DNA from: a virus
Lineage: Duplodnaviria; Caudoviricetes
Reading direction: 5' to 3' (one strand)
Virus record (IMG/VR): IMGVR_UViG_3300042868_012556
Coordinates: 1-28,799 of that record
Length of the DNA stretch: 28,799 bases
Positions 1 to 7,598 of the stretch are shown one piece after another. The notes under the pieces were generated by a model, which was not told the origin of the DNA, did no database searches, and saw only the letters and a list, made by a program, of their open reading frames with translations. Numbering within the stretch: position 1 is the first letter of the stretch; every line of letters starts with the position of its first letter. Both the position numbers and the translations under genes were made by a program.

Positions 1-867
1 CTTCGCGAGGATGCGGCTAAGGTTGAACCCTGCGATATCTTTGTAAAAGAAGCCATTGCAAACGCCATCATCGAAGGTAAGAAAACAAAGCAAAAGGATA
101 CCGTGCAAACTATCGTAGCCGAAAAACCAAGTGGTATTTCTCCCATGGATCGTCTTCGGGCAAAGTGCAACAAGACAATCATTATGGACCTTGAGCTGCT
201 TATGGATGAATGGTGCAAGTCGGGTGATGAGGTAAAGTGTTTATCCATCTACAAATCAATGCAGCACTATGAACTCCCTGCGGCTGCGTGTACCTTTGTG
301 GAAGAATACCTTCAAGACGTACTTAAGGAAATGAGTGATGCCCAGACCGGCGCCAGCGAGTATCTTGCTGAAGCATACAGCTGTTATACCAAGAAGCAGA
401 TGCTCGCACGTATTGATGCACTATCATCGATGGTCGACGATCTAACGATGTTTAAGACGAGTGTCAAAGCGGCAAAGGCTCCACGTGAGAAGAAACCCAC
501 GGCTGCCACAAAGCAGATTGCCAAGCTCCAGTACCTCAAGCACAGTGAGGAGTTTAAGATTACCTCCATCAATCCTATTCGGATTGTGGGAGCCTATCGC
601 CTCCTTGCCTTTAATGTGAAGACCCGGGTACTGTTTGACTATGTTTGCACGGTGACTACTGGGTTTACTATCAAGGGTACCACTATCCAGAACTATGATG
701 AGGTGTCTTCCCGCTGCATTCGTCTCCGCAAGCCCGATGAATTCATTCCTATTGCCGTCGGAAGCACAGAGAAACAACTCGAAAAAGCGTGGACTCAACT
801 CACCACTAAGATTGCAAAACCAAATGGGCGCATCAATGGTGACATTGTGCTCCTCAGAATCCTTTAA
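1..867 (+). CDS. Conserved hypothetical protein of T4-like phages, 5'-truncated by the window edge
   Basis: Frame 1 is open from base 1 (LREDAAKVEPCDIFVKEAIANAIIEGKKTKQKDTV...), so the GTG at 103 is probably internal. The C-terminal 'G.TI..YD..S...LRKP...NGRIN..IVLLRI' pattern resembles hypotheticals I recall from environmental T4-like phages. Function unknown. Confidence 0.7.
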   Translation, partial: LREDAAKVEPCDIFVKEAIANAIIEGKKTKQKDTVQTIVAEKPSGISPMDRLRAKCNKTIIMDLELLMDEWCKSGDEVKCLSIYKSMQHYELPAAACTFVEEYLQDVLKEMSDAQTGASEYLAEAYSCYTKKQMLARIDALSSMVDDLTMFKTSVKAAKAPREKKPTAATKQIAKLQYLKHSEEFKITSINPIRIVGAYRLLAFNVKTRVLFDYVCTVTTGFTIKGTTIQNYDEVSSRCIRLRKPDEFIPIAVGSTEKQLEKAWTQLTTKIAKPNGRINGDIVLLRIL

Positions 868-871
868 AATT

Positions 872-1249
872 ATGCAAACTTACAAAGTAACGGTCGACTG
901 TGATAAAAACATTCAATGGTTCAACGATAAAGATGAACGCCATCGCCTAGACGGACCCGCTCTAGAAGGTGGTAATGGTGATAAAGAATGGTGGGTGAAT
1001 AATAAATTACATCGGTTAGATGGTCCTGCTTGCGAATACGCCGATGGTGATAAAGAATGGTATGTTGATGGTGAACGTCATCGCTTAGATGGTCCTGCTA
1101 TTGAATATGCCGACGGAGATAAAGACTGGTATGTTAATGGTGCAGAAATGACCAAAGAAGAATTTAACGAGTACATCAAACCCAAGCCCTCGTGTGAAGG
1201 CAAGGTCGTCGAGATTGACGGTAAGAAGTACAAGTTAGTATCAATCTAA
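872..1249 (+). CDS. HRLDGPA-repeat (MORN-like beta-hairpin repeat) hypothetical protein, 125 aa
   Basis: The ATG at 872 lies 4 nt after the upstream stop, in the frame of track ORF 695..1249. The protein has three 23-aa repeats HRLDGPAxEyxxGDKeWyVnG and a C-terminal CEGKVVEIDGKKYKL motif. Confidence 0.8.
   Translation: MQTYKVTVDCDKNIQWFNDKDERHRLDGPALEGGNGDKEWWVNNKLHRLDGPACEYADGDKEWYVDGERHRLDGPAIEYADGDKDWYVNGAEMTKEEFNEYIKPKPSCEGKVVEIDGKKYKLVSI
941..1141 (+). repeat. Three tandem 69-nt (23-codon) degenerate repeats inside the HRLDGPA ORF
   Basis: Recurrent cat-cg(c/g)-(c/t)ta-ga(c/t)-gg(a/t)-cc(c/t)-gct at 941, 1010 and 1079, each followed by gg(t/a)gataaaga(a/c)tggt. Confidence 0.85.
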
Positions 1250-1255
1250 AAAACT

Positions 1256-1603
1256 ATGGACACTCCTGAAAAAGAACCAATAGATGTAATGGCGATTGCT
1301 CGTATGAGTACCGTCATCATCGGAAGCAAGAAATCCGTCTTGGATAAACTGAATGAATTGTATCCTCTTGAAGTCAAGAGCGACATGAATCCGTCACCGA
1401 AATTCTATTCGGACATGCCGTTTGAGGCGCAGATTGAAAAGCTCCTCAACTTTAATAAGTACAAGAACAGCCATTTTGTATATGGTATCATGTACTACTA
1501 TGAAACCGACAATTCTCCCGAACGTGCCAAAATTGTAAAGGACATGAACCTTCCTGAAGAGGTTGCCAACTACCGTATCCAACGCGTAGAACTTCACCGT
1601 TAA
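1256..1603 (+). CDS. Hypothetical protein, 115 aa
   Basis: Packed between neighbours with 6-7 nt gaps and has a normal amino-acid composition. No motif recognised. Confidence 0.7.
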   Translation: MDTPEKEPIDVMAIARMSTVIIGSKKSVLDKLNELYPLEVKSDMNPSPKFYSDMPFEAQIEKLLNFNKYKNSHFVYGIMYYYETDNSPERAKIVKDMNLPEEVANYRIQRVELHR

Positions 1604-1610
1604 TAACACC

Positions 1611-1844
1611 ATGCTCCTCGATAATATCCTCACGAAACAAAGTCTTGCAACCATCATTGAAAAATTGGTTATTGATGAAAAGATGACCTATATGGAAGCA
1701 GTTCTTCATTATTGTGAAGAGAAGCAAATCGACCCATTGGACATTGGTAAACTCATCTCTCCCGTCATTAAATCAAAGATTGAAGCCGAAGCAATGACGC
1801 GCAATCTATTACCCAAAAGCAACTCATTAGATTCCTTCATGTAA
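1611..1844 (+). CDS. gp33: Late promoter transcription co-activator
   Basis: IEKLV....MTYMEAVLHYCEE..ID......LIS..IKSKIEAEA...NLLPK matches the gp33 family pattern, and the gene sits in the 33-59-32 synteny. Confidence 0.9.
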   Translation: MLLDNILTKQSLATIIEKLVIDEKMTYMEAVLHYCEEKQIDPLDIGKLISPVIKSKIEAEAMTRNLLPKSNSLDSFM

Positions 1845-1845
1845 T

Positions 1846-2340
1846 ATGAATACAATCAGTGACAGTCTCATTGAAAAGCTTGAAGAGCTATATCCTAAGC
1901 CGAAGCCCAAGCCTGTAAAGGAAGAGCCTCCAGCCGTTGCAGTTCAGTCGCCGGCGATTCAGAGCACCAATGATTGGGCTAACGGCGCCTCATCGCTATA
2001 TTCTGTTGGAGCTAATAGTCTTTCGTTTCCCTCCACGTGGAATTCAACAACCACGCAACGTATTACCTATAGCGAGGATCATATTCAAGTTCAAGCCACA
2101 AGAGGAACAGTTTCGGGTATATACCCCTTGGATAAGTATGTGGAAAAGATTGCCGAATCCGTTCTAAAAAATCATGTTCCGGTTTTGGAGCAGATGTCTG
2201 TTAAGGAGTGCAGTAATTCCTATGAGACCACTCTTAAACACTACATCGCCAATCAAATCATTAACCTTGAATGTAGACTAAGGGATCATATTAAACAAGA
2301 AATTGATAAACTAAAATGCAGCCCTGGGACTCATATTTGA
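1846..2340 (+). CDS. Hypothetical protein inserted between gp33 and gp59, 164 aa
   Basis: Starts 1 nt after the gp33 stop and overlaps the gp59 start by 25 nt. Has a PKPKPKP low-complexity N-terminus and a helical C-terminus. Confidence 0.65.
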   Translation: MNTISDSLIEKLEELYPKPKPKPVKEEPPAVAVQSPAIQSTNDWANGASSLYSVGANSLSFPSTWNSTTTQRITYSEDHIQVQATRGTVSGIYPLDKYVEKIAESVLKNHVPVLEQMSVKECSNSYETTLKHYIANQIINLECRLRDHIKQEIDKLKCSPGTHI

Positions 2341-2936
2341 TATATAATAGTGTTAAACTACATTTTGAGAGCGATTCTTATGACGCACTCAAATATAGTT
2401 TTAAGACTTCTGCGACCCAGAAGTCGTTCTTTCAACGTAAGGACAAATACTTCTTTGCTAAGTTGGCCAAGAAGTATCCCGACAAACGAATTTTGATTGA
2501 CTTCCTGGTTGCGAACTTTGCATCCTTGGATACGGGTAAGTGCTGGGCAGGCAATCTAGTTGAACAATCGGCAGACGATAACTACAAGTTCTATCTCAAA
2601 CGGATAGAGTCAATGAGTTATTTCTTTGGCGATCAAGTAGACAGACTGGTGGAGCATTGTAAGGGTAATGGGCTTGCATTTGATGACTTATTTAAGTCGG
2701 AGAATGGAGCTCATCCACGAATTGCGACATTGGTGATGGACAAAACTATTGAGCTTGAAACCTTGGTAGTTCTCGACATTATGGTGGGCTTTATGAAACG
2801 CTCAAAGATTACGGAGACCATTCTATGGCCCGAGTTTTCCAAGAAAGTTCTAAAGTTCAAGCCATTCCTAAAACAGAAGGTAGACATAAAAAAGTTGCGT
2901 GAAATCGTACTTTTGAGGTTTACAAATAGGGAATAA
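2316..2936 (+). CDS. gp59: Helicase loader / helicase assembly protein
   Basis: Y..Y.S.KLHF....YD..KY..K......SF..RKDKYFF.KLA and I.LETLV.LD motifs; lies directly upstream of gp32. Confidence 0.92.
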   Translation: MQPWDSYLIYNSVKLHFESDSYDALKYSFKTSATQKSFFQRKDKYFFAKLAKKYPDKRILIDFLVANFASLDTGKCWAGNLVEQSADDNYKFYLKRIESMSYFFGDQVDRLVEHCKGNGLAFDDLFKSENGAHPRIATLVMDKTIELETLVVLDIMVGFMKRSKITETILWPEFSKKVLKFKPFLKQKVDIKKLREIVLLRFTNRE

Positions 2937-2946
2937 AGGATATTAT
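2918..2946 (+). promoter_or_regulatory. Candidate early (sigma70-type) promoter for gp32
   Basis: GTTTAC (2918-2923), 17 nt, then TATTAT (2941-2946), resembling the T4 early promoter consensus. An overlapping TACAAATA (2921-2928) is one mismatch from the late consensus. Confidence 0.45.
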
Positions 2947-2981
2947 CATATACGTCAACCATACAACCATACTCAAATACT

Positions 2982-3911
2982 ATGTCATTCGCAGCACTCA
3001 AAAATAATCGCAATAATGCAATCAGTAGCCTCACAGCGGCTGCTCAAAAAGTCGCCGGTGGCGGCGAGAAGAAATCCTACACGGACGACCGCATCTGGGC
3101 TCCAATCGTAGATAAAGCTGGTAACGGTTATGCCGTTATTCGTTTCCTTCCGGCTAAGGCTGGTGAGGAACTCCCGTGGGTCCGTTACTGGGACCATGGC
3201 TTCAAGGGTCCAACTGGTCGTTGGTACATTGAGAACTCTCTCAGTTCGATTGGTCAGCAAGACCCGGTCGGTGAACTCAATTCCAAGCTCTGGAATTCTG
3301 GTGATGAGAAGGATAAGGAAGTCGCCCGCGCTCAGAAACGCCGTCTTCACTATGTTTCAAACATCCTCGTGATTTCAGACCCAGCAAATCCAGCCAACGA
3401 AGGTAAGGTATTCCTCTATAAATTCGGCAAGAAAATCTTCGATAAGATGCTGGATGTAATGCAACCAGCCTTCCAAGATGAGAAGCCAGTGAATCCATTC
3501 GACTTCTGGTCGGGTGCCGATTTTAAGCTCAAGATTCGTAATGTTGAGGGTTACCGAAACTACGACAAATCAGAGTTTGCTCCTGCGGCTCCTCTCTTCG
3601 GTGGAGATGAAGCTAAGTTGGAAGCCATCTACAACTCAATGCACGCACTCAAGGACTTTGTTGATCCTAAGAACTACAAGTCATACGCCGAACTCAAACG
3701 TAAATTGTATGAAGTTCTCGGTGAAGAAGGTCAGGTCCTTACAACTGCGGAAGCGGTTGAATTGAGCGAATCCCAACCGGCTCCAAGAAAGGCCACTGTT
3801 GAAGCGGCTGCTCCAAGAGAAGCATTTAAGCCTGTTGAGGCAGGCAGCGATGATGAAGAAGATACAGGGGACACCCTTAGTTACTTTGCCAAGCTAGCAA
3901 AGGAAGACTAA
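2982..3911 (+). CDS. gp32: Single-stranded DNA-binding protein
   Basis: DDR.W....DKAGNGYAVIRFLP, HGFKG..G.WYIEN, NEGKVFLYKFGKKIFDK, NPFDFW.GA.FKLKIR.VEGY.NYDKSEF, and an acidic tail ending LSYFAKLAKED. Confidence 0.98.
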   Translation: MSFAALKNNRNNAISSLTAAAQKVAGGGEKKSYTDDRIWAPIVDKAGNGYAVIRFLPAKAGEELPWVRYWDHGFKGPTGRWYIENSLSSIGQQDPVGELNSKLWNSGDEKDKEVARAQKRRLHYVSNILVISDPANPANEGKVFLYKFGKKIFDKMLDVMQPAFQDEKPVNPFDFWSGADFKLKIRNVEGYRNYDKSEFAPAAPLFGGDEAKLEAIYNSMHALKDFVDPKNYKSYAELKRKLYEVLGEEGQVLTTAEAVELSESQPAPRKATVEAAAPREAFKPVEAGSDDEEDTGDTLSYFAKLAKED

Positions 3912-3942
3912 TCCGTATCGACTTGATCTTTATATTATGATG

Positions 3943-3971
3943 AGAGGGTCCTCGAAAGGGGACCCTCTTTT
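3943..3971 (+). terminator. Intrinsic terminator between convergent gp32 and tape measure genes
   Basis: AGAGGGTCCTC-GAAA-GGGGACCCTCT gives an 11-bp stem with one G:U pair and a GNRA loop, running into a short T tract. Confidence 0.85.
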
Positions 3972-3973
3972 AG

Positions 3974-5947
3974 TTACATACCACCAAAGATCGGACGGAG
4001 CATCCAAGAAGTTCTATCGGGAATGTTATTGTTCTGGTAAGTGACGGAAGTATTGCTATGGGATACATTACTGTTACCGCCACCGCCGCCCGAAGACATT
4101 TCAACAGGCATAATCGAGGCTGCCATATTTGCATTTGCTGTATCGCTTTGAATTGCCGCAATGTCGGAACCGATTGTAGAAGGGTTGGGCGTAATGTTGC
4201 TTACGGTAGTGCCTACATTTTCGTTGTATGATTTAAACAACATATCCATGAAACCTTCGTTTGCATCTCCAGAGATACCAAGGAGTGCTTTACCTTTGTC
4301 GATGATGTCATTGGCTGCCGGAATTAACTCTTTTGCGGTATCACTAGCGCTTTCACCAATACCCTTTTCGGCTTTTCTTAACTCTTTTGCGGCTTCTTTT
4401 TGTTTACGCTTTACATCGGTTGTATCACCAGCGGCACCGAGGATGCTCTTATTGGATGAATCTGTTTCGGCTCCCGTCTGTGTAACAGTTCCACCGAACA
4501 TTTTGGCAAAGCTAACACTGCGAATTGATTTTTCAATATCATTTGCTCCAAGAGCTCCAGCAGCAGATGCAACAAAACCTTTTACTATATCGAGAGGGAG
4601 TGCAACCAGTGTTTTCATGAAACCTCTAAAGATTTCACCAACGGTTCCCATAATATCACCATTGCTTATTGCATTTCCAATGTCACCGAATATATCAACG
4701 AAATTTTGGAAAAACTGTTCGAAGGCATCCTGCCCGGTCTTAATGAATCTACGGAAGAATTCTGCAATAATGTCGGAGAAGCTAAATGAATCAAGTGCTT
4801 TTTCTATACCCTCGAATCCAAGTGCTCCAGCGATCCACGAAACGACACTCTTTAATAGGTCGAGGATATTGCCAGTAAAAGCATTAATGAATCCCACCGC
4901 ACCGACTTCCAGTGCTTTTCCAATGTCGCCCGTTTTTTGGAATACCTTAAATCCTTCGAACAATGAAAGTGCACCTTGAATGACCGCAGTTACGATAGGA
5001 CCACCTAAAAATTTACCTAATTTAGAAAGCGTACCAAAAATAGTTTTTAAATTGGCAAAAAGAGAACCGACCGTCCCTAAACCAGGAATGATAGAACCTA
5101 AAAGACCCACCTTTGAAATTAAAAATGTAAAAATGTTTTTGATTGGTTCAAAGAAGCCTTTGACCTTTGGCCACATGGTCTGGATACCTTTAATCAATTT
5201 GCTTTCAGTTGCTAAACCCGTAAAAAACTGTTCAATGGGCTTAAAAAAATTCGTTATTGTTTTCACTATTGTACTTTCCTGAAGGAAAGTTTTGATCTTA
5301 AGAAAGATTCCCTCAAGTATTTTAGTGATACCGGTAACGCTGAAAATCTTTTGAATTCCCATTTTAATCGTTGTAAAATAGGTACCAATCGTTTCGACAA
5401 GACCCGAAACAAAACCAACAACCAATCCTGCAATTCCCGCTAAGGCGCCGAGTATTCCTAATTTAGTTAATGAACCCAGACCACCCTCAAGCCGAGGTTG
5501 ATTGGTGCCTCCGGGTTTTAGATTGGTTTGGTTTTCTCTTGCCTTTTTGTCTTCGAGACGTTGTTCTGCATCGGCAAGTCGGTTCGTCTGAAGAGAGGCA
5601 AGAATATCCTTAGTAAGGCTATATGTTCCCTCAAGGATTCCAATCATATTGAATGTATGAAAGGCGGTGGAAGCAGTTTCCTTGGAGATAATGTAGAGGT
5701 TTGAACTATCCTTTGCGCTTAAAGTTTCCTCTTTTTTATTTCCCTTTATGGGTTTATAATTTTTGGTTAGATCCTCGCGTAATAGTTTTATCTCCGAAAC
5801 AAATGACTCCATACCAGAGGCTGACTCAAGTGATAGGTCGGCGGTATTCAGAGTGTTCTGTTCAATTTTGCCAAGGGTTACATTCGAGATCCTTAGTTCT
5901 AGGATCATCTCTTTGAACGGTTCTTGTTTATCGCGTGATTCGGCCAT
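3974..5947 (-). CDS. gp29: Probable tail length tape measure / baseplate hub protein (gp29-like), 657 aa
   Basis: Downstream of gp26/gp51. Helical and G/A/I/F-rich, with a hydrophobic segment (LGILGALAGIAGLVVGFVSGLV), periodic F/W in amphipathic repeats, and an S/N/G-rich C-terminus. The call rests on composition and synteny. Confidence 0.7.
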   Translation of the reverse strand: MAESRDKQEPFKEMILELRISNVTLGKIEQNTLNTADLSLESASGMESFVSEIKLLREDLTKNYKPIKGNKKEETLSAKDSSNLYIISKETASTAFHTFNMIGILEGTYSLTKDILASLQTNRLADAEQRLEDKKARENQTNLKPGGTNQPRLEGGLGSLTKLGILGALAGIAGLVVGFVSGLVETIGTYFTTIKMGIQKIFSVTGITKILEGIFLKIKTFLQESTIVKTITNFFKPIEQFFTGLATESKLIKGIQTMWPKVKGFFEPIKNIFTFLISKVGLLGSIIPGLGTVGSLFANLKTIFGTLSKLGKFLGGPIVTAVIQGALSLFEGFKVFQKTGDIGKALEVGAVGFINAFTGNILDLLKSVVSWIAGALGFEGIEKALDSFSFSDIIAEFFRRFIKTGQDAFEQFFQNFVDIFGDIGNAISNGDIMGTVGEIFRGFMKTLVALPLDIVKGFVASAAGALGANDIEKSIRSVSFAKMFGGTVTQTGAETDSSNKSILGAAGDTTDVKRKQKEAAKELRKAEKGIGESASDTAKELIPAANDIIDKGKALLGISGDANEGFMDMLFKSYNENVGTTVSNITPNPSTIGSDIAAIQSDTANANMAASIMPVEMSSGGGGGNSNVSHSNTSVTYQNNNIPDRTSWMLRPIFGGM

Positions 5948-5952
5948 ATAGG

Positions 5953-6141
5953 TTACTTGTTAATTTTTTTCTTGGCTCTTTCGTTTTCTTCTTTAATGTG
6001 TTCAACAAGAAGAGCCACGTAGATTTCCCTCTCCCAAGGCATCATATTGTCCAATTCGGTGAGACTGTACTTATGATGTTGCATTAGGGCAAAATTGGTC
6101 TGGTAATGATTTACGAGACTGTCATGAGAGAGGGAGATGAG
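5953..6141 (-). CDS. gp51: gp51-like baseplate hub assembly segment, not in the ORF track; probably reached by -1 frameshift from gp26 (fallback ATG at 6084 gives 43 aa)
   Basis: Manual translation gives LISLSHDSLVNHYQTNFALMQHHKYSLTELDNMMPWEREIYVALLVEHIKEENERAKKKINK*, with TAA at 5955-5953. MQHHKYSLTELxNMMPWERExY is the short 'gp51' signature of cyanophage-like T4 relatives. Confidence 0.88.
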   Translation of the reverse strand, partial: LISLSHDSLVNHYQTNFALMQHHKYSLTELDNMMPWEREIYVALLVEHIKEENERAKKKINK

Positions 6142-6854
6142 AAAAAATTCTGGATCCCTTTAATGAGGAGCGAATTCTTTTCCTTACAATGAGCGCAATC
6201 AAATTCAACGGTGTGTTGGAGTTTCGGCATTGCCTCAATGAACTTTTGAATCTTAAGGAACTGCTCCTGGTTCAGAGATTCGATAAATTGGTTGAGCTCT
6301 TCTCTTGTCTGTTCGGAAGCTGGATATGATTGTTTCTCATCGTAGATGGAGTCAATACAACCGAGGATTACATCAAATGCAAGTTTTGAAGTGCTTTGTG
6401 TATTGGTTGTATTATCCTCGGAAAGTTCAGCAATTAGATCGACACGTGGCCAATTTAGAATGACTCCGATTGAATCGGTGAGTTGAATCTTATTGCTTGG
6501 AAGGTTTTTCGTGTCAATAACAATCTCATCAAGATTAACTTCGACCTTGGTGGTATTCTCACACTTTTCACACTTAAGGTTTAACTTGGAAATTTCACCA
6601 ACCGATTTAGAACGAATCCGAAGGAACATATACTCCATGTCGAAGATGGGTAATGTATTTGCATCAAGTTTACCGAGTGTGCAAGAATTAATGGTGTCCT
6701 TTACCGCTTGAATGATCTGCTTCTGATCGCCCGATTCAAGGGCAATCATCAGCATCTTTTCTTCTTTTACTAGGTATGGACGATACTGAATCTTCTTTCC
6801 TGTGGAAGGAAGTTTGGTTTCATACTTTGGAGTTTCAATGATTGGCAGTGGCAT
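6111..6854 (-). CDS. gp26: Baseplate hub assembly chaperone (T4 gp26/gp51 family)
   Basis: MPLP.I.TPKY...LPSTGKKI.YRPYLVKEEK.L..A.ES, FD.EY.FL.IRSKSVGE, two CxxC pairs (CEKC, CAHC), and C-terminal GIQNFF. Confidence 0.92.
   Translation of the reverse strand: MPLPIIETPKYETKLPSTGKKIQYRPYLVKEEKMLMIALESGDQKQIIQAVKDTINSCTLGKLDANTLPIFDMEYMFLRIRSKSVGEISKLNLKCEKCENTTKVEVNLDEIVIDTKNLPSNKIQLTDSIGVILNWPRVDLIAELSEDNTTNTQSTSKLAFDVILGCIDSIYDEKQSYPASEQTREELNQFIESLNQEQFLKIQKFIEAMPKLQHTVEFDCAHCKEKNSLLIKGIQNFFSSPSLMTVS
6141..6147 (-). promoter_or_regulatory. Candidate -1 ribosomal frameshift slippery heptamer U_UUU_UUC
   Basis: The minus strand reads ...GGG ATC CAG AAT TTT TTC TCA..., an X_XXY_YYZ heptamer correctly phased in the gp26 frame. 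The -1 frame is the gp51-like frame. Confidence 0.75.
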
Positions 6855-6876
6855 ATAATTATGGTTTAGTTATGAA

Positions 6877-7593
6877 TCAAGCAAGACCGGAAATGTTCGG
6901 TGAAATGGTAGTTGGCAGATCAACATTTTCTCTTACAGTATATGGTATTCCAAAATCGGACCCGGCTCTTACAGTTGGTGCCCTATCAACAAAGAAATTC
7001 TCGTATGTTAATGTAACACTAAATTTCTGTGCGGTATTTTCTGCATTGTTGTCCAATGTGATCGGATTAAATGTCACCGGATACGCATTATGAAGGACGA
7101 CCTTGTAGATAGGAAGGTTCTTCTTATTGAGCTGAACAATAGTTACATCGGTAACGTAATTGACAAGATAATTTGCACGGTAGTTATTGTAGCCAATGAT
7201 CTGATCCGACCAACGGTCGAAAATCTTCTTGATGTAATAATCGTTGGTCAATAAAAATGTAAAGGTAACATCCTCGTTAATGAATCCATAGGGAATTTTA
7301 ACCGATTGCTTTATGGATTGATAGTCGGCTGTCAGAATCTGTCTTCCAGGAAGCGTGCACGATTCACAGAGAATTGCAATATCACGAGGATCGTTAATTA
7401 AAGAACGAACATTAAAGGTACCCGATAAGGCACCAGTAATAATTGCATTTAAATCAAGATTGAACAGCGTCTGTTCGGGCGGAGTCATATACACCGCAAA
7501 ACGATTCTCCTGCGCAACACCGCCGTGCTTTACAATTGAGCTCTTTAGATTCTCAATACTGTTACCCAGAACATTGTCGATTAGATTGGCCAT
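6877..7593 (-). CDS. gp54: Tail-tube-fold baseplate protein (gp54-like tube initiator / gp19 paralogue)
   Basis: GG.A..NRF.V, LCES.TLPG, PY.....DVTFTF, F..W...I, and L.NAYP......LD.......KFSVTLTY are typical tube-fold motifs. The likely start is the ATG at 7593 (MANLIDN...), 5 nt after the gp2 stop, rather than 7635. Confidence 0.7.
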   Translation of the reverse strand: MANLIDNVLGNSIENLKSSIVKHGGVAQENRFAVYMTPPEQTLFNLDLNAIITGALSGTFNVRSLINDPRDIAILCESCTLPGRQILTADYQSIKQSVKIPYGFINEDVTFTFLLTNDYYIKKIFDRWSDQIIGYNNYRANYLVNYVTDVTIVQLNKKNLPIYKVVLHNAYPVTFNPITLDNNAENTAQKFSVTLTYENFFVDRAPTVRAGSDFGIPYTVRENVDLPTTISPNISGLA

Positions 7594-7598
7594 GTGAA

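Noticed and set aside
695-871. N-terminal extension of track ORF 695..1249
   Set aside because: It overlaps the upstream gene by about 170 nt. The ATG at 872, just after that gene's stop, is the more plausible start.
941-1141. 69-nt repeats considered as a CRISPR array or DGR template/variable repeat
   Set aside because: The repeats are in-frame coding units with largely synonymous differences. There are no unique spacers, no adenine-specific mismatch pattern and no reverse transcriptase in the window.
3943-3971. Hairpin considered as a bidirectional terminator or small RNA
   Set aside because: Only the plus strand has a following T-run, and the minus-strand stem would carry an A-C mismatch. 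Nothing supports an ncRNA.
4161-5282. Long plus-strand ORFs (272 aa and 100 aa) antisense to the tape measure gene
   Set aside because: They are codon-register shadows of the minus-strand gene, lie beyond the gp32 terminator, and have no recognisable motif.
5964-5970. A7 run on the minus strand near the end of the gp51-like segment as a second slippery site into the tape measure gene
   Set aside because: It encodes a Lys-rich tail just before the stop, and the tape measure gene has its own ATG 5 nt after that stop. I found no further support.
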